From NCBI GenBank assembly GCA_902594515.1, contig CACJML010000002.1, positions 911-64,910 of the forward strand: a stretch of DNA of 64,000 nucleotides, in the 5' to 3' direction. A program made the position numbers and the translations under genes. Positions within the stretch are counted from its first letter, which is position 1. Each line of letters begins with the position of its first letter. Under the pieces are notes generated by a model. The model had not been told where the DNA came from. It did not search any database and saw nothing but the letters and a program-made list of their open reading frames with translations. The stretch comes from an uncultured SAR86 cluster bacterium. Its GTDB lineage: Bacteria; Pseudomonadota; Gammaproteobacteria; Magnimaribacterales; D2472. Below, piece after piece: positions 48,743-56,517 of this stretch.

Positions 48743-49447
48743 TTAAATCCTATAAGTTTGAAATAAGTTCGACGAATAGCAATTAGCTTTAGATGTGAAC
48801 GCCCTAAATATAACATTACTATTCTCATCTGAATTAAATTCTTCAAAAAAAGATTTGTATTTTTGAATACTTTCAAATTGATTTATCCATACAAACTCAC
48901 CTTGCAAATCACCTTCCTGATAAAAGGCCTTATAAGTCTGCTCTTTTGGAAAAAAATATTCTAAATCCTGTATAGCAAAATTAAGCGTTGGAAAAGAATT
49001 ACCATCAATGTAATTACAATAGATAACTTCAGTAATGTATGAGTCCTCAAGTGTTTGATTGGGATCAAAATTTATTACAGAAAAGCCAAAATTAGTACTT
49101 GTATCATTCATAGCACAATTTGCTACCTCATTAATGATATCAACCTTAGTTTCATTGTTTGACTTTGGATCACTCCTTAGCCATACATAAAATGATTTTG
49201 TGTCTACTTGATCATTAATGAATCTAAAGGCCACTGTCATAGAAATTTCTTCAGGAATTACTTCTTTAATTCTCGGAATAAGTCTTTCTAGGCTTGCTAA
49301 GTTATTTGAAGATCTAAACTGACATTGCATCTCAACAAAGCGGTATTCAAAATTAGGTTTTAGTAATTGATTTAAATTCTGAGACTCAACACTTGTATTA
49401 TCAGTACAACCGACAAGGACAAAAAGACATAGAATTATTTTTTTCAT
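48743..49447 (-). CDS. hypothetical lipoprotein (234 aa)
   Basis: Lipobox LVGC after MKKIILCLFV. The mature part looks like two alpha+beta repeats (by eye only). Confidence 0.55.
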   Translation of the reverse strand: MKKIILCLFVLVGCTDNTSVESQNLNQLLKPNFEYRFVEMQCQFRSSNNLASLERLIPRIKEVIPEEISMTVAFRFINDQVDTKSFYVWLRSDPKSNNETKVDIINEVANCAMNDTSTNFGFSVINFDPNQTLEDSYITEVIYCNYIDGNSFPTLNFAIQDLEYFFPKEQTYKAFYQEGDLQGEFVWINQFESIQKYKSFFEEFNSDENSNVIFRAFTSKANCYSSNLFQTYRI

Positions 49448-49485
49448 ATTTAGTGAAGAATATATCAGTTATATAATAAGTTTTA

Positions 49486-50445
49486 ATGTTGGCTATCAAA
49501 TTTTTATCACCTTTTTTAATATTTATATTTTTTACTCTTAATGTAAGTTCAGATACAAAAATTGGTTTTGGGTCATGTTTAGATCAAAGGTATCCTCAAA
49601 AAATTTGGAAATCAATTGCGAACGAAAATATTAATAAGTTTATTTTCTTGGGGGATAACGTTTATGGCGATGTTCCATCTGGAGATACAAAGAATTTGGT
49701 TAAAGCATATAAACTTCAAGCCAGGAGATTCCCAAGATGGTTAAATGATCTGGAAAAGTTAGCTATTTGGGATGATCATGACTACGGTAAGAATGATGGC
49801 GGTTCAGAGTATAAACATAAACGATTAACTCAGAAGATTTTCATGGATTTCTGGGATGTGCCTGCCGATGATCCAAGGAGAAATAGAGAGGGAACGTATT
49901 TTTCCAAAGACTACGTTATTGAGAATAATAAAATTAAAGTTATTGGTCTAGATACTAGATATTTTAGATCTAAGTTATTAGGTTCAAGAACAAATCGACA
50001 ACCCAACAATAACCTTAAATCTTCAATCTTAGGAAAGTCCCAGTGGTCTTGGCTAGCAAACGAATTAAATGATCCTAAAACTGAGATATTTATAATTCTT
50101 TCATCAATACAAGTTCTTGCTACTGAGCATGGGTATGAAAAATGGGCTAACTTTCCTCATGAAAGAGATAAATTAATCAATTTGCTACAACGTAAAAAAA
50201 ATATACTTATTCTTTCAGGAGATAGGCATCGGGGTGCAATTTATAAACACAATAAAATAATTGAAATAACTGCCTCAAGCATGAATAAGCCAGGAAGCAA
50301 TGACAATGAGATTGATAAATTAATGCAGGGCAGAATTCACAAAGAAATCAATTATGGAATTCTAATAATCAAAGAAGATATTTTGGATATTCAGCTAAAG
50401 AACAATGATGGCACCGTCCTTGAAAGTGCCACCATGAGTTTATAA
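49486..50445 (+). CDS. PhoD-like alkaline phosphatase / metallophosphatase
   Basis: 319 aa. Signal peptide, GFGSC...FIFLGDNVYGD and WDDHDYGKNDGG motifs. Confidence 0.72.
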   Translation: MLAIKFLSPFLIFIFFTLNVSSDTKIGFGSCLDQRYPQKIWKSIANENINKFIFLGDNVYGDVPSGDTKNLVKAYKLQARRFPRWLNDLEKLAIWDDHDYGKNDGGSEYKHKRLTQKIFMDFWDVPADDPRRNREGTYFSKDYVIENNKIKVIGLDTRYFRSKLLGSRTNRQPNNNLKSSILGKSQWSWLANELNDPKTEIFIILSSIQVLATEHGYEKWANFPHERDKLINLLQRKKNILILSGDRHRGAIYKHNKIIEITASSMNKPGSNDNEIDKLMQGRIHKEINYGILIIKEDILDIQLKNNDGTVLESATMSL

Positions 50446-50447
50446 TT

Positions 50448-50879
50448 TTATCTAAGAACTAATAACTTACCTTTAAAAAGGCTATCGCATTGTCCTTCAT
50501 ATAAATTAGCTAATCTTGTATTACTAATTTGATTTAAATAGGCAACTTTTACTTCACAAGTTCTGAGTTCATCTATTACTCTACTATGAGCATATTGAAG
50601 GTAATCAGAGTACAATCCCAGCAATACAACGTCATGATGTCTCGCCGGAATGTCTTCACTCAATATAATCTTTCCTCCCTCTGCAGAAGTAAAACACCCT
50701 ATTGATCCGACAGGGCAAGTTGATACAAGACTTGAATTGTTGTATTCAACTTCAATGGAAGGTTTATCAATAGATAATAGTTCCTTTGCTGATGCAAAAA
50801 TATTAGCATCAGAGTAAGATAAAGGTGATAAGAGTAATGCACATAGCAATAATGATATGTTTAATCTTAATTGTGTCAT
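50448..50879 (-). CDS. secreted Cys-containing hypothetical protein (143 aa)
   Basis: Signal peptide LLLCALLLSPLSYS. Strong AAAGGAG SD 5 nt upstream of the ATG. Confidence 0.55.
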   Translation of the reverse strand: MTQLRLNISLLLCALLLSPLSYSDANIFASAKELLSIDKPSIEVEYNNSSLVSTCPVGSIGCFTSAEGGKIILSEDIPARHHDVVLLGLYSDYLQYAHSRVIDELRTCEVKVAYLNQISNTRLANLYEGQCDSLFKGKLLVLR

Positions 50880-50956
50880 TTGTTACTCCTTTGTGACATT
50901 TATGTGAAATATATATGACAATTAGTTTAAATGTCAATGTTTGTGGAGCAATATTT

Positions 50957-52237
50957 ATGAATATATTTAATAAAAGCGTCTTTTTTCTTGTTCTTTCGGT
51001 TCAATTTTTCTATTTAAATGGCGATGTTTTAATCCATGCAGGGAACCTAATTGATGTTGAAACAGGCAAGATAGAATCAAGAAAGTCTATTGTTATTAAA
51101 AATAGCTTAATTACATCTATTTATGATGGCTATATCAATAAATCTGATTTCCAAGAGTATTACGATTTAAAGGATAGTTATGTTCTGCCTGGATTGATGG
51201 ACGCTCACGTGCATTTAGCGCAGGAATACGTTCCAAAAGCAGAAAGAGATTCAAAAGTAGAGCCTGAATTTAACGCAATTTTTGCTGCGGCTAATGCGAT
51301 TAAGACTCTAAATGCAGGATTTACAACGGTAAGAAATGTTGGTGATGGAGGGATGGAAACAATTTCTCTTAGAAATGCGATCAACAAGGGAATAGTACCT
51401 GGGCCTAGGATACTTACCTCAGGAAAAACCATTGCTACAACTGGTGGTCATGGGGATCCAACAAATGGCTTACCTACTGATCTGTATGAGCCCCCTACCC
51501 CCGAAGAAGGAGTTGTTGACAGCTTTGAGGATATTAAGAAGGCTGTTCGACAAAGATACAAAGATGGCACTGATGGTATAAAAATTACAGCTACCGGTGG
51601 CGTTCTGAGTGTTGCTAAATCAGGTGAAAACCCCCAATTTACTAACAGCGAGTTAGAAGCACTAATCTCTATTGCAAAAGATTATGGTCTTTGGGTTGCT
51701 GCTCATGCACATGGAAAAGAGGGAATGTTAAGAGCTGTAAAAGCCGGAGTTACTTCTATTGAACATGGAACCTTCATGGATAGTGAAGTAATGGATGCCA
51801 TGAAGAAAAATGGAACCTACTATGTTCCAACCATACTTGCAGGCGAATGGGTTGCTGAAAAATCGAAAATTGATAATTTTTTTCCTGAGCTTGTTAGACC
51901 AAAAGCAGCAAAAATTGGACCTCAGATTCTTGATACATTCACCAAAGCACATAAATATGGAGTAAAGATTGCCTTTGGAACAGATTCAGGCGTTTCAGCT
52001 CATGGTGATAATTGGCAAGAATTTGTACTGATGGTTAAGGGCGGAATGTCACCCCTTGAAACAATTCAAAGTGCTACCTTAGAAACTGCAAAACTTTTTA
52101 GGCTTGAAAATGAAATAGGAAAAATTAAAACTGGCTTTAGTGCAGACATCATTGCTCTTAGAAATAACCCACTTGAAAATATAGAGTCATTAAAAGATAT
52201 TTCATTTGTTATGAAAGAAGGTACTCGATACAAATAA
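50957..52237 (+). CDS. amidohydrolase-family metallohydrolase (exported)
   Basis: LPGLMDAHVHL metal site. Signal peptide from Met 50957, preceded by GGAG. The track start is 50915. Confidence 0.78.
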   Translation: MNIFNKSVFFLVLSVQFFYLNGDVLIHAGNLIDVETGKIESRKSIVIKNSLITSIYDGYINKSDFQEYYDLKDSYVLPGLMDAHVHLAQEYVPKAERDSKVEPEFNAIFAAANAIKTLNAGFTTVRNVGDGGMETISLRNAINKGIVPGPRILTSGKTIATTGGHGDPTNGLPTDLYEPPTPEEGVVDSFEDIKKAVRQRYKDGTDGIKITATGGVLSVAKSGENPQFTNSELEALISIAKDYGLWVAAHAHGKEGMLRAVKAGVTSIEHGTFMDSEVMDAMKKNGTYYVPTILAGEWVAEKSKIDNFFPELVRPKAAKIGPQILDTFTKAHKYGVKIAFGTDSGVSAHGDNWQEFVLMVKGGMSPLETIQSATLETAKLFRLENEIGKIKTGFSADIIALRNNPLENIESLKDISFVMKEGTRYK

Positions 52238-52238
52238 A

Positions 52239-53144
52239 TTGTCAGCTACTATCCTCATAGGTACCGGAATTAGTGCTTCAGCCTTTTCACACCACTTCAA
52301 AGGTGATGTAGAAATTTATGAAAAAGCATCAAGAGTTGGAGGCAGGCTCTGTGCAAGAAACTATAAAGAATTCATCATTCAATTTGGTGCTCAGTACGCA
52401 ACATCCTCTAACTCAATCTTTGAAGATTATTTAATTAAAACTGGTGCAATAAACCATACTGCTTCTATATACATTGAAGAAAAAAATACATATGAAGATA
52501 AAAATATCTGGACTCATGAAGAAGGCATGCAGTTTATTACTGACTATGGTTTTACAAACAAAAAAATAGACTTTAATTCTGAAGTAATAAAAATAAATCA
52601 AAAAAACAATACAATTATCTTTAGTGATGGAACGATAGTTGATTACAACAAATTAATTTTAAGTATTCCTCATCCTCAAGCCCTTAATTTACTTGGAAAG
52701 CTTGATTTTGAGTGCAGCTTTGAACCTTGCTTGGCTATAGGATTGTGTCTTGAGAAGGGATCTTCATTTGAACTAAATGCAATAAAGCCAAATAACAAAG
52801 CAATTAGTTGGATAGCATCATCAAGATTGTTTAATAAACAAATCCCTGAATCAGTCCTAATTCACCTGAGTCCTGAAAGCAGCAAGGAAATGTATGATAA
52901 CGATAAGGAAACAATAATTAATTTTGCCAAAGAGAACTTACATAATTTCACCACAAGAAATCTCAATATAATTTATGCTGATATTTTTAAGTGGAAATAT
53001 GCCCTCACAAATAAAAAGATGAACCAAGAAAGATACATTAAATATAGTGACTCAATTTTCTTGATTGGTGACTGGATTAAAGGGCCAAGAATTGAGAACG
53101 CTTTTCTATCAGGCTATTCTTTAGCTATGGATTTAAATCGTTAG
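52239..53144 (+). CDS. NAD(P)/FAD-dependent oxidoreductase (renalase-like)
   Basis: 301 aa with TTG start. N-terminal ILIGTGISASAF dinucleotide fold and EKASRVGGR. Confidence 0.62.
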   Translation: MSATILIGTGISASAFSHHFKGDVEIYEKASRVGGRLCARNYKEFIIQFGAQYATSSNSIFEDYLIKTGAINHTASIYIEEKNTYEDKNIWTHEEGMQFITDYGFTNKKIDFNSEVIKINQKNNTIIFSDGTIVDYNKLILSIPHPQALNLLGKLDFECSFEPCLAIGLCLEKGSSFELNAIKPNNKAISWIASSRLFNKQIPESVLIHLSPESSKEMYDNDKETIINFAKENLHNFTTRNLNIIYADIFKWKYALTNKKMNQERYIKYSDSIFLIGDWIKGPRIENAFLSGYSLAMDLNR

Positions 53145-53146
53145 TT

Positions 53147-54670
53147 ATGAAGACGCTTGGTTTAATCTTTCCTGATCAACTCTCTAAAAAAAATCCTATA
53201 TTTGATTCAACAAAGAGAGATATTCAGGTCCTATTTTTTGAGCCATTGGACATTTATTTTGATCAAAATCATCATAAGCAAAAACTCGCATTTCTTTTTT
53301 CTTCACTTAGACATTTTATTAAAGAGCTAAACTTAAAAAATGCAGATCATGTCCCGATTACTAAGGGTCAAAAGAATGGAATGACAGATTTATTGTCTGA
53401 CTATATTCGTTTAAATAATTACGAAGTGTTAGAGGTTGTTCATCCAAGTGATCATAAGACCCTAACACAACTCACCCTTCTGACCTCAAAACTAGGAATA
53501 GCCTTAAAAGTCCATGATGACCCTAAGTTTATAAGCAGCGCTTACGAATTTAAGAATTGGGCTGAAGGCAAGAAATCTCTTGTTCAAGAATTTTTTTATA
53601 GATGGCTTAGAAAAAAACACAACATTCTAATCGAAGATGAAAAACCAGTCGGGGGTGAATGGAATTTTGATTCAAAGAATAGAGTAAGTATCAACAAGCT
53701 CAAAGAAGATCCACCTGAGCGAGAAAGAATTAAGCCTGATGCATTGTCCGTTGATGTGATGGTTGATGTTGAAAACGTCTTTGGGAATAACTTTGGAGAT
53801 CTTGAAAATTTTAACTGGTCGGTGACAAGAGAGGATGCTGAAAAAAAGGCAAACGAATTTTTCAATTCATTAATTAATAACTTTGGTCCATTCCAAGATG
53901 CCATGGATGTGGGTAATCCGACACTATTTCATTCCCTCTTATCACCTTATATAAATGTTGGTTTATTAGATCCAATGAAAATTATTGTTGCAGCTGAAAA
54001 AAAATATTATGAGGGTGCTCCACTTAATTCTGTAGAAGGCTTTATAAGACAAATACTTGGATGGCGAGAATTTATTCGAGGTATCTACTGGTTAAAAATG
54101 CCTGATTATAAATCCTTAAATTTTTTTGAAAATACTCGCAAACTCCCAGAATTATTCTGGACAGGTGAAACCCGAATGCAGTGTGTTGCTAAGGCAGTGG
54201 AAAGCACAAAAGAACTTGGATATTCGCATCATATCCATCGATTAATGGTTACCGGTAACTTTGCCCTTTTGTCTGAGATTGATCCTCGGTATGTGTGCGA
54301 GTGGTATCTCGGAGTCTATCTTGATGCACATGAGTGGGTTGAATTGCCTAATACACTAGGAATGGCTTTATTTGCTGACGGTGGCATCGTTGGCACTAAA
54401 CCATATGCTGCTAGCGGTGCATACATAAATAGAATGTCTAATTACTGTAAGACATGTCACTACAATGTAAAAGAAACCACATCTAACGATGCATGCCCAT
54501 TTAATTATCTGTATTGGAATTTTTTGAATAATCAAAGGAAGAAATTAGAAAATAACCCAAGGATGAAGTTGGTTTACAGAAATCTGAATAAAAAAGATGA
54601 TGAGTTTATTAGAGCTGTAAACCTAAATAGTGAGGACTTTTTTACAAGAATAAAAAAAGGCAGTGACTAG
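53147..54670 (+). CDS. cryptochrome/photolyase family protein, FeS-BCP (PhrB/CryB-like (6-4) photolyase) type
   Basis: 507 aa. GWREFIRGIYW and HHIHRLMVTGNF motifs. Four Cys with spacing C-x87-C-x2-C-x12-C (RMQC...YCKTCHYNVKETTSNDAC). Confidence 0.8.
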   Translation: MKTLGLIFPDQLSKKNPIFDSTKRDIQVLFFEPLDIYFDQNHHKQKLAFLFSSLRHFIKELNLKNADHVPITKGQKNGMTDLLSDYIRLNNYEVLEVVHPSDHKTLTQLTLLTSKLGIALKVHDDPKFISSAYEFKNWAEGKKSLVQEFFYRWLRKKHNILIEDEKPVGGEWNFDSKNRVSINKLKEDPPERERIKPDALSVDVMVDVENVFGNNFGDLENFNWSVTREDAEKKANEFFNSLINNFGPFQDAMDVGNPTLFHSLLSPYINVGLLDPMKIIVAAEKKYYEGAPLNSVEGFIRQILGWREFIRGIYWLKMPDYKSLNFFENTRKLPELFWTGETRMQCVAKAVESTKELGYSHHIHRLMVTGNFALLSEIDPRYVCEWYLGVYLDAHEWVELPNTLGMALFADGGIVGTKPYAASGAYINRMSNYCKTCHYNVKETTSNDACPFNYLYWNFLNNQRKKLENNPRMKLVYRNLNKKDDEFIRAVNLNSEDFFTRIKKGSD

Positions 54671-54678
54671 GCACTGCC
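54659..54678 (+). terminator. hairpin overlapping the photolyase stop codon (weak terminator candidate)
   Basis: GGCAGTG-actagg-CACTGCC is a 7-bp GC-rich stem. Only two T residues follow. Confidence 0.35.
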
Positions 54679-54780
54679 TTACATCCATATCTTGCCAGGG
54701 GAAGCATGAAATCACTGATCTGTAATTATAGTGACGGTTGATTGTGAAATTAAAATCACATTAAAGTGAATTTTAATTAA

Positions 54781-56418
54781 CTATTTATTTTGCATTTCTA
54801 ATGAAAGATCTCGGATAGCTCTAAATTCATTGTCCTCATACCAATTTGGCCACATATTATTATTTGATAAATTTAAAGAAATTTCATAGATAGAATCAAT
54901 AGATTGAATTAAACCATCTAAATCCCAATCTTCAGAATATTCATCTGCTACATTGTGATAAGCATTTTTTCTATAATTTTCTTCAAAAATTAAACCTGCA
55001 GCTTTGCCACCGTTTATAAGATCTGAGCCGCCATCTGCATAAAGCATTGGCACACCTCTCTTTGCAAAGCTAATATGATCAGATCTGTAGAAGTAACCTT
55101 TTTCAGGGTTTGGATCTGGGTTTATATATCTACCTTCTTTTGATAATTGCTCTTCCAGAAGGTCTTCAAGTTCTGATGCTCCATAACCAATAACTACAAC
55201 ATCATTAGTTTTTCCGGTTGGTATAATTCCATCAAAATTAAAACCAGCAACAATATTATTTAAATTTATTGGTGGGTACTCAGCAAAATACTCAGATCCT
55301 AAAAGACCTGATTCTTCCAATGTAACGAACAAAAATAGCTGAGATCTTTCCGTATTTGTCCTTGCAAACCGACTAGCTAGATCCAATAGTGCAGAAATCC
55401 CAGTTGCATTATCAATAGCACCATTTGCAATAATGTCGTCTGATTCAAGATTTTCCAAAATACCGAGATGGTCCCAGTGGGCTGTATATAAAATATATTC
55501 ATCCGGCCTGGTTGAGCCAACATGAAAACCAGCAATGTTATGAGAAGTAAGATAATCTACATTGTTAAAAATTTCAGTGGATAGCTTCATCCCTCTAAGC
55601 TCAAATGCACGAAACGTATCTGATAAAGCAATCTCCTTTAAACTGTCGTAATTAAAGCCTGTAAAATCTATTAAATTAGAAAATACATCATGAGGAATCC
55701 AAGCCTCAACTAATGCTCTGCTTAAACCAAGATCTTCTCTAGTTAGATCAAGCTGAGGCCCCTGCCATGAGTTTTCAACTGTAGACCATGGATATGCAGC
55801 CGCATGTTCTTCATGAAGAATAATTACACCAGCAGCACCCTGTCTTGCGGCTTCCTCAAATTTATAAGTCCATCTTCCATAGTAAGTCATTGATTTACCA
55901 TTAAAAAGTCTTAATTTTCCAGTATCAAATCCTGGATCGTTTATAAGCATCACAACAGTTTTCCCTCGAACATCAATTCCCTCGTAGTCATTCCAGTTAT
56001 ACTCAGGTGCAACAATCCCATAACCTACAAAAACAAGCTGACTATCTCTTAATTTTCGGTATTCTTTTGCATGTTTTGTCCAAAAAACAATTTCTTTTCC
56101 TGTGTTTAATTTTCTGTCTTGGCCTCTAAAACTAAGAGTCACGTATGATTGATTCTTCAAGGTAATTTGTGTTGCAGGAACCTCAACAAAATAGCTATTT
56201 CCTATTGGTTCAATACTTAATCTCTTTAATTGATCTGCGATATAATTTTTTGTGAGTTGACCTCCATTGGTTCCAGGTTTTCTACCTTCGAACTCATCCG
56301 ATGATAGAGTGCTAATCCATTCACGTAATTGACTTTCCGTGTCGGTTACTTCATTTGAGCAGCCATAGCAAAGCAGAATAGCTGCACATACGCATGCAAT
56401 ATTATTTAATTTATACAT
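54781..56418 (-). CDS. M28-family aminopeptidase lipoprotein with PA domain
   Basis: 545 aa. Lipobox LLCYGC and metal-ligand regions HWDHLG, DNATG and EESGLLGS. Confidence 0.8.
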   Translation of the reverse strand: MYKLNNIACVCAAILLCYGCSNEVTDTESQLREWISTLSSDEFEGRKPGTNGGQLTKNYIADQLKRLSIEPIGNSYFVEVPATQITLKNQSYVTLSFRGQDRKLNTGKEIVFWTKHAKEYRKLRDSQLVFVGYGIVAPEYNWNDYEGIDVRGKTVVMLINDPGFDTGKLRLFNGKSMTYYGRWTYKFEEAARQGAAGVIILHEEHAAAYPWSTVENSWQGPQLDLTREDLGLSRALVEAWIPHDVFSNLIDFTGFNYDSLKEIALSDTFRAFELRGMKLSTEIFNNVDYLTSHNIAGFHVGSTRPDEYILYTAHWDHLGILENLESDDIIANGAIDNATGISALLDLASRFARTNTERSQLFLFVTLEESGLLGSEYFAEYPPINLNNIVAGFNFDGIIPTGKTNDVVVIGYGASELEDLLEEQLSKEGRYINPDPNPEKGYFYRSDHISFAKRGVPMLYADGGSDLINGGKAAGLIFEENYRKNAYHNVADEYSEDWDLDGLIQSIDSIYEISLNLSNNNMWPNWYEDNEFRAIRDLSLEMQNK

Positions 56419-56517
56419 AAGAATATTTTAACTTAAGCGAATAGAAAATTTTCAATTCTCATTAGAATCACTATAATTGTTGATCGTTTTTTATTTCATC
56501 CGATTTATGGGGTTTAT

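Noticed and set aside
54743-54760. Palindrome TGTGA-N8-TCACA resembling a CRP site, plus an overlapping AT-rich imperfect hairpin (54748-54778) after the M28 peptidase stop.
   Set aside because: CRP sites have a 6-nt spacer and this one has 8. It sits between two convergent gene ends where no promoter is expected. The hairpin is AT-only with a bulge and no clear U-tract.
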